Assembly: GCA_964570875.1 (NCBI GenBank)
Contig: CAZMZE010000012.1
Location: 9,948-73,947 of the forward strand
From: an uncultured Dehalococcoidia bacterium
GTDB taxonomy: Bacteria; Chloroflexota; Dehalococcoidia; Lucifugimonadales; CATQGZ01
Length of the DNA stretch: 64,000 bases
Direction: 5' to 3'
Position numbers and translations under genes: made by a program. The notes beneath the pieces were generated by a model. That model was not told where the DNA came from, did not search any database, and worked only from the letters and a program-made list of their open reading frames with translations. Below, in pieces: positions 1 through 10,898 of the stretch. Positions within the stretch are counted from its first letter, which is position 1; each line of letters begins with the position of its first letter.

Positions 1-1
1 C

Positions 2-1069
2 CATGGCAAGCTATTTGGTGCCGATACTAATACATACGGCGAAGTGGTATTCAATACGTCCATGACCGGATATCAGGAAATGTTGACCGATCCATCCTAT
101 GCGGGGCAAATATTGGTACCTACCTACCCACTAATTGGTAACTACGGTATCAATAATCACGATTCTGAGTCCAAAAAAGTACAGGCGGCTGGGTTCGTCG
201 TAAGAGAGCACTCAATTAGTCCAAGCCATATAGACAGCACTTCTACACTGAATGAATTTCTTACTGAACAAGGTATCCCTGGAATTAGTGGTGTTGACAC
301 GCGTGCAATAACACGTCGCTTAAGAACTCGCGGTGTCATGATGGGAGTGATTTCTACGGAACTCAATCCTGCAAAAACACTCGCCAAAATAAGAAATTTA
401 CCCAGTTATGGTCAAGTAGATTTCGTTGATGAAGTATCTTCCAAGGAAAAATACCATTGGGAATCATCGAATCGGCTTGTCAATGCCCAATATCACATAG
501 TGGTTTCTGATTTTGGTGTTAAATATAACATTCTCCGTATTTTGAATCTAAAAAATTGTTCGGTAACAGTTGTACCTTCAAATACCGAATCAAAAGAAAT
601 ACTTTCGTTAAACCCAGACGGTGTTTTACTCTCACCCGGGCCTGGTGATCCAGAATTGCTCGACTACGCAGTAGAGTCAGTTAAGGGACTAATTGGTAAG
701 GTACCAATCCTAGGAATTTGTTTGGGTAATCAAGTTTTAGGCAGAGCATTTGGCGCAAAAACATTCAAGCTAAAATTCGGTCACAGAGGAGGCAACCACC
801 CTGTGAGAGACAACCAAACTAATCGCGTTCACATTACTGCGCAAAACCATGGTTACAGTGTTGATCCTGACAGTCTCCCTCCAGATGTGTCAGTGAGTCA
901 TACCAACCTTAATGACGGTACTGTTGAGGGATTACGGCACAATTCCCTACCAATAATGAGTATCCAGTACCATTCAGAGGCAGCTCCGGGTCCATATGAC
1001 AACAAGCATCTTTTCGATGAATTTCTTGACGAAGTTTCCAAAGATTGTTTAGCAGGGAAAACCACATGA
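2..1069 (+). CDS. carA: carbamoyl-phosphate synthase small (glutamine amidotransferase) subunit; 5' end lies outside the window
   Basis: The reading frame is open to the window edge (..[26 protein letters not shown]..). It has the class-I amidotransferase Cys context ILGICLGNQ and YHSEA near the C-terminus. Its stop overlaps the carB ATG (ATGA at 1066-1069). Confidence 0.95.
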   Translation, partial: HGKLFGADTNTYGEVVFNTSMTGYQEMLTDPSYAGQILVPTYPLIGNYGINNHDSESKKVQAAGFVVREHSISPSHIDSTSTLNEFLTEQGIPGISGVDTRAITRRLRTRGVMMGVISTELNPAKTLAKIRNLPSYGQVDFVDEVSSKEKYHWESSNRLVNAQYHIVVSDFGVKYNILRILNLKNCSVTVVPSNTESKEILSLNPDGVLLSPGPGDPELLDYAVESVKGLIGKVPILGICLGNQVLGRAFGAKTFKLKFGHRGGNHPVRDNQTNRVHITAQNHGYSVDPDSLPPDVSVSHTNLNDGTVEGLRHNSLPIMSIQYHSEAAPGPYDNKHLFDEFLDEVSKDCLAGKTT

Positions 1070-4000
1070 ACTCCAAGCCTAAAAAGGTGTTAGTCATTGG
1101 CTCTGGACCAATCGTAATCGGCCAAGCTGCGGAATTTGATTACGCGGGAACTCAGGCTTGCAAATCACTCAAGGAAGAAGGGGTTACCACAGTATTGGTT
1201 AATTCAAACCCTGCCACCATCATGACGGATGAAGGAATAGCGGATGTGGTCTATATAGAACCTCTGACAGTTCCCGTTTTATCACGAATCATTGAATCTG
1301 AAAGACCGGACGGGATTCTACCTACATTAGGTGGGCAAACTGGACTAAATCTAGCTGTTGATCTGGCTGATGCAGGGGTGTTAGACAAATTTAACGTTCG
1401 TATGTTGGGCACACCATTAGAAACTATCAAAACAGCTGAAGACCGTGAACTTTTCAAGAGACTTCTTGAAAAAATTGGTGAGCCTTTACCCCCAAGTGAA
1501 ACTGTACATTCAATTGAAGAAGCTCGTGCATCATCTAAAACGCTTGGCTTACCATTGGTAGTCAGGCCTGCTTTCACTTTAGGAGGAACGGGAGGCGGGA
1601 TTGCAAAAACCGAAGCTGAACTAGAATCGATAGTCGAAGCAGGATTAGCGGCCAGTCCCATAAGTCAAGTTCTTTTAGAGAAATCATTGATTGGCTGGAA
1701 AGAACTAGAATATGAAGTCATGCGTGATGCTAATGATAATTGCATCACAATTTGCAATATGGAAAACCTTGACCCGATGGGAGTTCATACTGGAGATAGT
1801 ATTGTCACTGCACCTAGCCAAACCCTGTCTGATAGAGAATACCAAACACTCAGGTCAGCAAGTATCAAAATAATCCGCGCGCTTGGCATTGAGGGCGGGT
1901 GCAACGTCCAATTTGCCTTGGCTCCTGGCGATATCGTACACAATAGTCTTCTTGAGAAAGGGTTGCTTGCTGAGCAAGACTGCAATCGTAGCAGTGATGA
2001 CATCCCATACTATGTTATAGAAGTTAATCCAAGGGTTAGCCGAAGCTCCGCCCTAGCCAGTAAAGCGACCGGATATCCCATTGCTCGGGTAGCGGCTAAA
2101 ATAGCTATTGGAAAAACCTTGGATCAAGTAGCTAATGCCGTCACTGAAAAAACTGTAGCTGCTTTCGAACCAGCGCTAGATTACTGTGTAGTAAAAATTC
2201 CTAGGTGGCCTTTTGACAAATTCCCAACTGGTGACAGGATACTTGGCACTCAAATGAAAGCCACTGGAGAGGTAATGGCCGTAGACCGTTCTTTTGAGGC
2301 TGCATTCCAAAAAGCAGTTCGGTCATTGGAAATCTCGAATAGATCTATTCTATGGGAAGATCCGAGTTGGAAAGAAAACAAAGACCATATTCTGGAAAAT
2401 CTTCCGCTAGAACCAAGCGATCAGAGACTATGGGTGCTTATGGCGGCTCTTCGGGAAGACCTAGAACCAAACTTATTGGCTGAAATTACAGGGATAGATC
2501 CTTGGTTTATCAGGGGATTGAAGAACATCACAACAATGGAAACCAAACTCCTCTCTGGAACTCTAGATCAAGAAATACTCAGAGATGCGAAACGTCTAGG
2601 GTTCTCTGATGCAAAAGTCGCTGTTCTCACTGATAGGAGTGCAGAATCTGTTAGAAAATCAAGAATTGAGTGGGGAATTCGACCAGTCTACAAAATGGTA
2701 GATACTTGCGCCGCAGAATTCGAGGCCCAGACACCCTACTTCTACAGCACGTACGAAGAGGAAAATGAAGCTAGCCCAACCAAAAAACAATCTGCTTTAG
2801 TAATTGGTAGCGGTCCAATACGAATTGGGCAGGGAATAGAATTTGACTACTGCTCCGTGCATGCCGCTTGGGCCCTACAAGATGAAGGCATCAGGAGTGT
2901 CCTTGTAAATTCTAACCCAGAAACGGTATCAACAGATTTCGATACGAGCGATAGGCTATATTTTGAGCCACTGGACGAAGAGAGCATTCGAGACATATTG
3001 GACAATGAGACTTGTGAGCATGACTCTGGAAATTTAGTTGTTCCGCCCTCAGTCGTCCAATTTGGTGGTCAAACAGCAATTAATCTATCCCAAACTCTCA
3101 GTCATGCCAAACTACCTATTCTAGGCTCGACCGCCGAATCGATAGATACTGCATCGGACCGACACTTGTTCGAAGATTTCCTCTCTCGCATAGGAATACC
3201 CAATCCTCCAGGTGCTGCCGTGGCAAATCTGCAACAAGCTTTAAAAGTAGCTGAAGAAGTCGGATATCCAGTACTTGTGCGACCAAGCTACGTATTGGGA
3301 GGCAGGGCTATGGAAATAGTACAAAATGACAGTGAGTTAAAACACTACATGGCAATAGCATTGGAGGCTGGAAGTGGCCGCAAAGTACTTATTGATAAGT
3401 ACTTTCAAGGCAGGGAAGTAGAAATTGATGCGGTTTGCGATGGTAAAGATGTGCTAATCCCAGGAATTATGGAACACATAGAAAGAGCTGGGGTGCACAG
3501 CGGAGATTCGATGGCTGTATATCCGGGTCTAAATTTATCGAAAAGAGAAGTTGAAACGATCGTAGACTACACTACTCGGATAGGTCAGTCACTTGAAATC
3601 AAGGGGCTCATGAACATTCAGTACGTTGTGGTGGGAGGAACAAACTACCGGAGCCCAAGTTCTCGCGACAACGTCAATTTATCTGAAGAAACATCCGTAT
3701 TTGTGATAGAGGTCAATCCAAGATCCAGCCGTACAATTCCATTTATTTCCAAGATTACCGGTGTGCCAATGGTGCAACTAGCAGTTAAAACAATGCTAGG
3801 CAGAAGTCTCCGCGATCTTGGTTATCATAGTGGTCTTTATACAAAACAGAAATTGGTCGGCATCAAAGCACCTGTTTTTTCCATGTCCAAACTACCTAAC
3901 GTCGACTCTTATTTGGGACCAGAGATGAAATCCACTGGTGAAGTTATGGGTATTGATAAAACATTCAATGGTGCCTTAGCTAAAGCGCTCATTGCATCCG

Positions 4001-4416
4001 GTTTGGCGCTCCCGCCAAATGGGTCTATATTGTTAAGCTTGGCCAACAGAGACAAGCCAGATGCCAAAAATTTGGTGACAGACCTTTCTAAATCAGGATA
4101 CGAACTTTATGCAACTGATGGAACTGCCAAGATGGTGAGCAGCCTAGGCGTACCCGTTAAGGCGATTCCCAAAAAACTCAATGAAGGGCATCCGAACGTC
4201 GTGGACATTATTGTAGACGGCACTGTAGATGCCGTTGTTAACACCGTTACAGGTGATCGATCTGTTCTTCAAGATGGGTTCAAAATACGGAGAGCAGCCG
4301 TAGATAAACGGATACCTTGCTTCACATCACTTGATACGGCTCGAGCTGCTGCTGAAAGTTTAGCTAGTGGAGAAGAAGATTACAGTGTGCGGCCATTAAA
4401 CCATTACAGGGTTTGA
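1066..4416 (+). CDS. carB: carbamoyl-phosphate synthase large subunit
   Basis: There are two ATP-grasp halves ([24 protein letters not shown] and [23 protein letters not shown]) and a C-terminal MGS-like domain. I prefer ATG 1066 ([26 protein letters not shown]), which overlaps the carA stop, over the track start at 1045. Confidence 0.95.
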   Translation: MNSKPKKVLVIGSGPIVIGQAAEFDYAGTQACKSLKEEGVTTVLVNSNPATIMTDEGIADVVYIEPLTVPVLSRIIESERPDGILPTLGGQTGLNLAVDLADAGVLDKFNVRMLGTPLETIKTAEDRELFKRLLEKIGEPLPPSETVHSIEEARASSKTLGLPLVVRPAFTLGGTGGGIAKTEAELESIVEAGLAASPISQVLLEKSLIGWKELEYEVMRDANDNCITICNMENLDPMGVHTGDSIVTAPSQTLSDREYQTLRSASIKIIRALGIEGGCNVQFALAPGDIVHNSLLEKGLLAEQDCNRSSDDIPYYVIEVNPRVSRSSALASKATGYPIARVAAKIAIGKTLDQVANAVTEKTVAAFEPALDYCVVKIPRWPFDKFPTGDRILGTQMKATGEVMAVDRSFEAAFQKAVRSLEISNRSILWEDPSWKENKDHILENLPLEPSDQRLWVLMAALREDLEPNLLAEITGIDPWFIRGLKNITTMETKLLSGTLDQEILRDAKRLGFSDAKVAVLTDRSAESVRKSRIEWGIRPVYKMVDTCAAEFEAQTPYFYSTYEEENEASPTKKQSALVIGSGPIRIGQGIEFDYCSVHAAWALQDEGIRSVLVNSNPETVSTDFDTSDRLYFEPLDEESIRDILDNETCEHDSGNLVVPPSVVQFGGQTAINLSQTLSHAKLPILGSTAESIDTASDRHLFEDFLSRIGIPNPPGAAVANLQQALKVAEEVGYPVLVRPSYVLGGRAMEIVQNDSELKHYMAIALEAGSGRKVLIDKYFQGREVEIDAVCDGKDVLIPGIMEHIERAGVHSGDSMAVYPGLNLSKREVETIVDYTTRIGQSLEIKGLMNIQYVVVGGTNYRSPSSRDNVNLSEETSVFVIEVNPRSSRTIPFISKITGVPMVQLAVKTMLGRSLRDLGYHSGLYTKQKLVGIKAPVFSMSKLPNVDSYLGPEMKSTGEVMGIDKTFNGALAKALIASGLALPPNGSILLSLANRDKPDAKNLVTDLSKSGYELYATDGTAKMVSSLGVPVKAIPKKLNEGHPNVVDIIVDGTVDAVVNTVTGDRSVLQDGFKIRRAAVDKRIPCFTSLDTARAAAESLASGEEDYSVRPLNHYRV

Positions 4417-4467
4417 TTTTGAATAACACTTTGATCAATTAATTTCTCAGTATGTATAGCTAAAATA

Positions 4468-7041
4468 ATGATTCCCATAAATCTAGCAATCAAGAATTTC
4501 ATGTGCTATCGGGAAAATGTACCCATTTTGGATTTGGAGCCAATACATGTGGCCTGCTTATCTGGCAATAACGGTCACGGCAAAACAGCCATATTTGATG
4601 CGATCACATGGGTTCTTTGGGGCCAGTCCAGATCAAGGACTCAGGATGCACTTGTCTATCAAGGGCAACTCGACATGTCTGTCGATATGGTGTTTCTGGC
4701 TCGGGGACAAAAATACCGTGTCAGCAGGCGGTACTCCCGATCCAGTACAGGCAGACCGGGCACAACGATACTTGAGCTCCAATTGGACTCTACCGGTTCC
4801 GTTACCCCGCTGACCGGTGGAGTCATGCGTGAAACGCAGCAGAAAATCAATGCTCTTATAAACATGGATTACGATACTTTTGTGAACACTGCATTCCTTA
4901 GGCAAGGTGATGCCGACAGGTTCACCACTAGTACACCAAGTGAACGAAAAGAAATATTATCGGAAGTTTTAGACTTAAGTTACTATCAAAGACTCGAGGA
5001 TTTAGCTAAACAGAGAAGCAGACATGCACAAACTAAAATAATCTCTAAAGACACCGAAATTTCTTGGCGAAATCATGAGATAGATTTACATTCTGATCTT
5101 GAAGAGAACCTTCATAACATAAACACTTCTGTGGAAACCGTTATTAGCGATTCCGACCACCAGAGAAAAATAGTTGAGAATTTACATTCCTCCGTAGCAA
5201 CTCTCCGCAGAAAAAAAGAGGAATTACAAACGATTGTCACTGGCATATCGTCGAAGCAGAGAGAGGTTCAGTTACTGGATATTCAGGTCACCGAGTATTC
5301 TGACCAAATACAAGAATATGAGACATTCACGTCACAGGAGGATGTAATACGGCAAGGGCATAAACAATACTTGGAATCTCGAGCTGAACAAGAAAGATTG
5401 AACACGGCTTTGGATCAGAAAACCCAGCTTGATACCAAAAAATTGATGCTCGAGAAAGAAATTGAGATGCAGAAAGAACGTTTGTCTATTAGGGCTGCAG
5501 AGCTGAATAGGCGGATATCAGATGAACTCGAACCTCAAGCATCAAGCTTAGAATTGATCTCGATTGAAATACAAAAAACAGATGCGGAAGAGACTGCTCT
5601 CGCCAAGAAACATGATTCAATAGAAGACCTTCGGCAACAATCTCAACAAATATCAGATACTATCAGAGATCGTGAAAAGGAAAATGAGTTACTTCGACTT
5701 TCTATGGTAGACACTCGAAAAAAATTTGACATGCTCGACCAAGATGGCAGTTTGTGTCCCATATGCAATCAGGCAGTTGGACCCGAAGGTAAACAGCATC
5801 TTAGAAATGAGTTTGAGGCTACTGGCCGACATAATAAGAAGATTTTCAATTCCAATACTGAAAAAATAACTGCCCTTTCTAAAAACAATGGCCATATCGT
5901 TAAGCAACTTACCGTAGAAAACGAGAAACTTGTTTTGGAACGTCAAAAATTAGCAAATATTAGAGCGTCCCTCCAAAAATCTTATTCAGATGCTACAAAC
6001 GCAAAAGTGGAAATCGCCAATATTGATTCGGATTTACAGAAAATTGAGCATTCTATAAAAACTGGTAACTTCTCTCACAATGAAAAGAATTTGATGGTCG
6101 AAACAACAGCGGCGCTAGATGAGTTGAAATATGACCCGGAATTTCACCACCAAATACGAGAAGATGAGCGACGACTTTATCCCTATGCCGAACAACATCG
6201 AAAACTCATAGAAGGATTAGAACGCCTACCCAAAACATATGAATCGCTAGCAAGAACCAACGAAATGCTCAGTCTTAGAAAAGAGGAAATAGATCAGAAT
6301 GCGCAACGCTCTGAAACATTAGAAAAAGATTTGATGTCCCTCGAGTCAACAGAGCAAAACTTATCGGTCGCCGAAACATTATTGATTAAGCTTGATAGCA
6401 ACACAAAAGATCTGTTACGTCAGCAAGCTGTTTTGGAACAGCAAACTAAGAGGCTTGAAATCCTAAAGCAAGAAATTGGAGTGTATTCTGTCGAACGTAA
6501 AGGATTAGCCGACCAACAAGCCGTATATGATGAATTGGCAATTGCTTTTGGCAATAATGGGATCCAATCGTTGATAATAGAAACATCTATTCCTCAACTG
6601 GAATCGGATGCTAACGCAGTGCTGTTGCATTTGACCGAAAATCGCATGTCGCTCAAGCTGCAATTAACTGCAGGAAGAAAATCACGTGGAGGTCGTGCTA
6701 GCGAGGAATTGGACATCAAAGTAGCCGATGAAGTAGGCACTCGAAGTTACGAAACTTATAGCGGGGGTGAAGCTTTCCGGATCAATTTCGCAATTCGTAT
6801 AGCTTTGTCAAAATTACTTGCCAGAAGGGCGGGCGCTCCTCTTCAAACCTTATTTATAGACGAAGGCTTTGGTTCTCAAGATAGTGAAGGACAGGAACGA
6901 CTTATTGAAGCCATAGAATCAATTAAAGATGACTTTCACAAAATTATAGTCATTACTCACATCGAACGAATTAAAGAGGCTTTCCCAATACGTATAGATG
7001 TAGTTAAAACAGAGGCAGGATCGACCTTTAATATCGTTTAG
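4468..7041 (+). CDS. sbcC: SbcC/Rad50-family SMC-like ATPase (orphan; no SbcD nuclease gene in the window)
   Basis: Motifs seen: Walker A GNNGHGKT; FLRQGDADRF Q-loop region; a ~550-aa E/K/Q/L-rich coiled coil interrupted by a CPIC zinc hook (5755-5766); ABC signature YSGGEAFR; Walker B LFIDEGFGSQD; H-loop VITHIE. Confidence 0.8.
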   Translation: MIPINLAIKNFMCYRENVPILDLEPIHVACLSGNNGHGKTAIFDAITWVLWGQSRSRTQDALVYQGQLDMSVDMVFLARGQKYRVSRRYSRSSTGRPGTTILELQLDSTGSVTPLTGGVMRETQQKINALINMDYDTFVNTAFLRQGDADRFTTSTPSERKEILSEVLDLSYYQRLEDLAKQRSRHAQTKIISKDTEISWRNHEIDLHSDLEENLHNINTSVETVISDSDHQRKIVENLHSSVATLRRKKEELQTIVTGISSKQREVQLLDIQVTEYSDQIQEYETFTSQEDVIRQGHKQYLESRAEQERLNTALDQKTQLDTKKLMLEKEIEMQKERLSIRAAELNRRISDELEPQASSLELISIEIQKTDAEETALAKKHDSIEDLRQQSQQISDTIRDREKENELLRLSMVDTRKKFDMLDQDGSLCPICNQAVGPEGKQHLRNEFEATGRHNKKIFNSNTEKITALSKNNGHIVKQLTVENEKLVLERQKLANIRASLQKSYSDATNAKVEIANIDSDLQKIEHSIKTGNFSHNEKNLMVETTAALDELKYDPEFHHQIREDERRLYPYAEQHRKLIEGLERLPKTYESLARTNEMLSLRKEEIDQNAQRSETLEKDLMSLESTEQNLSVAETLLIKLDSNTKDLLRQQAVLEQQTKRLEILKQEIGVYSVERKGLADQQAVYDELAIAFGNNGIQSLIIETSIPQLESDANAVLLHLTENRMSLKLQLTAGRKSRGGRASEELDIKVADEVGTRSYETYSGGEAFRINFAIRIALSKLLARRAGAPLQTLFIDEGFGSQDSEGQERLIEAIESIKDDFHKIIVITHIERIKEAFPIRIDVVKTEAGSTFNIV

Positions 7042-7069
7042 GTATCGAGTATTACTAAGCTGAGGGCCA

Positions 7070-7735
7070 CTACAACACAAAATCTTTAAGATCAGATGCA
7101 ACCATAAACTCAACGGCAGTTTCTTTTTGTATGTCTTCAACTGTCCAGCCCGGGGCAACTTCTTTTAGCAAAAGGCCTTCCTTGCGAACATCGATCACTG
7201 CTATATCGGTAACGATCATGCTAACGCAACTACTCCCCGTCAGAGGAAATGTACATGCCTTCACGATTTTAGGGTTACCTTTCTTATCCACATGCTCCAT
7301 TGCAACTATGGTCCGTTTAGCTCCTGAAGCCAAGTCCATAGCGCCTCCCACATTTCCAATACCACGCTGTGGTAGCATCCAATTTGCTAAGTCTCCATTT
7401 TCTGAAACTTGAAGAGCTCCCAAAACTGATACATCTATGTGTCCACCTCGAATCATCCCAAACGAATCGGCCGAATCAAAGAATGTCATTCCTGGCACCC
7501 ATGCTAAAAACTGCCCTCCTGCATTGGTGAGATCAACATCTTCTTCACCTTCTTCTGCCATTGGCCCATAATTCAAAACACCGTTTTCTGCATGATAAAC
7601 AACACTGTTTCCTTCAGGAACAAACTGGGAACAAAGTGTAGGTATTCCTAATCCAAGATTCACAACGTCGCCATCACCAAATTCGCGCGCCACTCGCATC
7701 GCAATTATCTCTCTGTGCAAACGTTCTTTAGTCAT
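7070..7735 (-). CDS. family I CoA-transferase subunit B (3-oxoacid/acetate CoA-transferase type)
   Basis: It has the catalytic-Glu motif QVSENGDLANW, GGAMDL, and the overall ScoB/AtoA-like length (221 aa). Confidence 0.9.
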   Translation of the reverse strand: MTKERLHREIIAMRVAREFGDGDVVNLGLGIPTLCSQFVPEGNSVVYHAENGVLNYGPMAEEGEEDVDLTNAGGQFLAWVPGMTFFDSADSFGMIRGGHIDVSVLGALQVSENGDLANWMLPQRGIGNVGGAMDLASGAKRTIVAMEHVDKKGNPKIVKACTFPLTGSSCVSMIVTDIAVIDVRKEGLLLKEVAPGWTVEDIQKETAVEFMVASDLKDFVL

Positions 7736-7809
7736 TGATTACCAACACCTTCGTCAATTTCTATTAGTAGAGTTTCTACGAAGTTGAAAATAGGACCCTT
7801 AATAGTAAT

Positions 7810-8526
7810 TTATTTCTTGCTATTCTTAACTATCCGATCGACAAAAATAGCAGGTGTATGAACTCCTTCTGGTTCAATGCCTCCTAATTCCACTATTTCA
7901 TCGACTTCCATTATGGTTACTTGTGCAGCTGTTGCCATAACTGCATTAAAGCTCTGTGACGTTCCTCTATACACAGTGTTACCCATAATATCCGATTTAT
8001 GACCTCTTAACAGTGCAAAATCCGCCGTTAATGAATATTCAAGCAAATATTCACGACCGTTGAATTCTCTGGTCTCTTTCCCTTCCCCAATCATCGTATT
8101 CACACCTGTGGGTGTAAAAAATGCTGGTATTCCAGCGCCTCCAGCCCTTATCCGTTCAGCCAAAGTACCTTGTGGAACAACTTCAAGTTCAATTTGATCA
8201 GCTAAATAAGCTTTTTCAAAGGATGTAGGTTTGGATGGGGAAGGTGAAACTGGGAACGAAGCTATAACTTTTTTGACTTGTTGATTATCCACCAATATCC
8301 CCATATCTACAGGTTGGTCACCTGATATAGTGCCAAAGCCTACGGCACCGGCAAGCCCACCTGTATTACTCACTATAGTTAGCTCTCGTGTGCCATGATC
8401 TCTTAGTGCTGATATCAATCTTTGTGGTGTTCCGCCAGGTCCAGCGAATCCGCCTATCATTATCAACGCACCGTCAGGAATATCTTTTACCGCTTCACTA
8501 AAAGACGCGACAACCTTGTCGATCAC
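7810..8526 (-). CDS. family I CoA-transferase subunit A
   Basis: It has IMIGGFAGPGGTP and VVPQGTLAERIRAGGAGIPAFFTPTG, typical of ScoA/AtoD. It lies directly upstream of subunit B on the same strand. Confidence 0.9.
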   Translation of the reverse strand: MIDKVVASFSEAVKDIPDGALIMIGGFAGPGGTPQRLISALRDHGTRELTIVSNTGGLAGAVGFGTISGDQPVDMGILVDNQQVKKVIASFPVSPSPSKPTSFEKAYLADQIELEVVPQGTLAERIRAGGAGIPAFFTPTGVNTMIGEGKETREFNGREYLLEYSLTADFALLRGHKSDIMGNTVYRGTSQSFNAVMATAAQVTIMEVDEIVELGGIEPEGVHTPAIFVDRIVKNSKK

Positions 8527-8622
8527 AGTAAAACACCTTTGTCTAATTGTATATGGGTCATCCTATTGAGTGAACATACTTCCAATTTTCATATGCGCTT
8601 AGGTGATTTTAGGCCACTGGCA

Positions 8623-8651
8623 TTGACAGCAATAACATGACTCGCCAGAAT
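8623..8651 (+). promoter_or_regulatory. candidate sigma70-type promoter for the citrate-synthase operon
   Basis: TTGACA (8623-8628), a 17-nt spacer, then CAGAAT (8646-8651), about 55 nt upstream of the GAAGGAG SD and ATG 8708. This is a pattern match only. Confidence 0.3.
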
Positions 8652-8707
8652 TACTCTAGACCACAAATCACTCAGCCTTTTAGGATAGTATATACGAAGG
8701 AGATAAA

Positions 8708-9847
8708 ATGGGTGATTCTTCAGATAAAATCATTTCAGGACTCGAAGGGGTTCTTGCTTTCGAATCCAGCATAGCATATATAGATGGCTCAGCCCCTGAG
8801 CTATCTATCAGAGGTTATCAGATAAAAGACATCGTCAATTCTCTGACTTTTGAAGAAATGGTGTTTCTGTTATGGAACGATAAATTACCTGAATCAACTG
8901 AACTGACTGACTTCAAGAACAATTTGATACAACTAAGAGAAATTCCATCCTCAGTAATGAAATTCCTTAAATCAGTCCCGACTGACGCCAGCCCCATGGC
9001 CAGCTTAAGAACTGCGGTGTCCATGATTGGGGTTGAAGACATGAGTGCCGACGATATTAGTGAAACAAGCATCCTAAGAAAAGCTGCTAAGCTGACAGCT
9101 GTTTTACCCACATTGGTCGCAGCGCAGTCTAGAATCCAAGATGGCAAAGATCCTATAGAACCCAACCCGGATTTAGATCACGCAGCTAATTATTACTACA
9201 TGTTGCAAGGTGAAGTCCCCACAGAAATGATCCGCAGAACTCTAGAGGTCACACTAATGTTGTACGCGGAACATGAAACCAATGCTTCGACGTTTGCGTG
9301 TCGAGTTGTTGTTGGTACTTTGTCGGATTTTTATTCCGCCATAGTAGCAGGGATAGGAGCGATAAAAGGTCCTCTTCACGGGGGAGCGATTGAAGATTCA
9401 ATGAAGATGTTTGAAAAAATCGGTTCGCCCGAAGCAGCTCCCCAGTTTGTAGATCAAGCACTGGCTAGCAAACAAATGTTGCCTGGATTTGGCCACAGGG
9501 TGTACAAAAAAGGCGATCCACGAGCCACCGAACTTGGAGATATGGCTAAGAGTCTTGGAAAATCTATTGGCCAAGAAAAATGGTTTGATATTGCTCAATC
9601 ATGTGAGACCCACATGCGCAATACCAAAGGTATAATCCCAAATGTTGATTATTTTGCAGCAATTGTTCTTTATCTATTAGGCTTCGAACTTAACATTATG
9701 CCTAATTTTGTCTCAAGCGCCCGTATAGCTGGATGGTCAGCTCATATAATGGAACAATACTCCAACAATCGCTTGATCCGTCCACGAGCAAAATACACAG
9801 GCGAGCGAGGTCTCAGGATAAAGGGAGAGGGAAACAATTTTGACTAA
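8708..9847 (+). CDS. citrate synthase / 2-methylcitrate synthase family enzyme (short bacterial type)
   Basis: Catalytic contexts GPLHGGAIE, GFGHRVYKKGDPRA and PNVDYFAA are present. The SD GAAGGAG lies upstream of the ATG. Confidence 0.9.
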   Translation: MGDSSDKIISGLEGVLAFESSIAYIDGSAPELSIRGYQIKDIVNSLTFEEMVFLLWNDKLPESTELTDFKNNLIQLREIPSSVMKFLKSVPTDASPMASLRTAVSMIGVEDMSADDISETSILRKAAKLTAVLPTLVAAQSRIQDGKDPIEPNPDLDHAANYYYMLQGEVPTEMIRRTLEVTLMLYAEHETNASTFACRVVVGTLSDFYSAIVAGIGAIKGPLHGGAIEDSMKMFEKIGSPEAAPQFVDQALASKQMLPGFGHRVYKKGDPRATELGDMAKSLGKSIGQEKWFDIAQSCETHMRNTKGIIPNVDYFAAIVLYLLGFELNIMPNFVSSARIAGWSAHIMEQYSNNRLIRPRAKYTGERGLRIKGEGNNFD

Positions 9848-10865
9848 TTTACCCATACTGCCAACCACTGTCGTAGGTTCTCACGCGAAACCTGGCTGGT
9901 GGCACAAATGCAAGGATAGCTATGCAAAAGGTGAATGGGGCTCAGAAGACCTTGAGGAGCTTCTAAGAGACGCCGTAGACATAGCAATCCTAGATCAAGC
10001 CAAGGCTGGTCTGGATATCATCACCGATGGAGAATCCAGAAGATTGGACGGATATGTAGACAGCTTTTACGAAGCCATAAGTGGTATCAAACCCCGGCCA
10101 ACCACCAGGCTGGCAGGTCCGTGGGGTTATGATCAACAAACAAAGTATGTTGCTCAAGATAAAATCAGTGTCCCAAACGGCCTCGGAATTGTTGAAGAAT
10201 TCAGGTACTTGAACAAAAACACTGCCAAGCCAACCAAAGTAACCTGTGCAGGACCACTAACATTCGGGTCTCGTATCCATCCATCTGACAAATACGACTC
10301 TTCTCTATCTCTTGCTTCTGAATTCGCTCAGGTCATCAACACCGAGCTGAAGGAATTAGTCTCAGCTGGAGCAACATTCATTCAAGTGGATGAACCTGCT
10401 CGAGGTAATATATCGGGAAAGAATATGGCAATGCTTTTTAATCAAGCCACTGATGGCGTTCATGCTAAACTCGCCTACCATATTTGTTTCGGCAATCGTT
10501 TTGGCCATGCACGCTTTAAAAGAGATTATCAAGAGTATTTTCCAGGGGTCTTAGATGCTAATGCCGACCAATTCGTTCTTGAGTTTGCTAACCGTGAAAT
10601 GGCAGAAATTGAAATGTGGAAAGAGTGGAAAGATGATAGGGAGTTAGGGATAGGACTGATTGATGTGAAGTCTTTTTATCCTGAAACCCCCAGTGATATA
10701 GCAAAACGAATCCGGACGGCGTTAAAATTCGTACGAGTGGAAAAAGCATACATCAATCCAGACTGTGGCTTTGGGTGGTCTCCCAGATATATAGCGAATG
10801 CTAAACTCAAAGCAATGGTCGATGGAACAAAATTAGTCCGAGACGAACTTAACGGTTTCAAATAA
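9840..10865 (+). CDS. MetE C-terminal-domain-like protein (cobalamin-independent methionine synthase family, Zn alkyl-transferase fold)
   Basis: It has the TTVVGSHAKPGWW N-terminus and candidate Zn ligands in YHICFGN and NPDCGFGW. The TTG start overlaps the upstream stop by 8 nt. Confidence 0.75.
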   Translation: MTNLPILPTTVVGSHAKPGWWHKCKDSYAKGEWGSEDLEELLRDAVDIAILDQAKAGLDIITDGESRRLDGYVDSFYEAISGIKPRPTTRLAGPWGYDQQTKYVAQDKISVPNGLGIVEEFRYLNKNTAKPTKVTCAGPLTFGSRIHPSDKYDSSLSLASEFAQVINTELKELVSAGATFIQVDEPARGNISGKNMAMLFNQATDGVHAKLAYHICFGNRFGHARFKRDYQEYFPGVLDANADQFVLEFANREMAEIEMWKEWKDDRELGIGLIDVKSFYPETPSDIAKRIRTALKFVRVEKAYINPDCGFGWSPRYIANAKLKAMVDGTKLVRDELNGFK

Positions 10866-10898
10866 ACCTGTCAGAAATTACAACACTAGGATATTGTT

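Noticed and set aside
4468-7041. The SbcC-like ATPase considered as the core of an SMC-type anti-phage defence system (Lamassu/Wadjet/Gabija-like).
   Set aside because: There is no partner nuclease, kleisin, helicase or other accessory gene. It is flanked by core genes (carB, CoA-transferase), and no mobile-element or island signature surrounds it.
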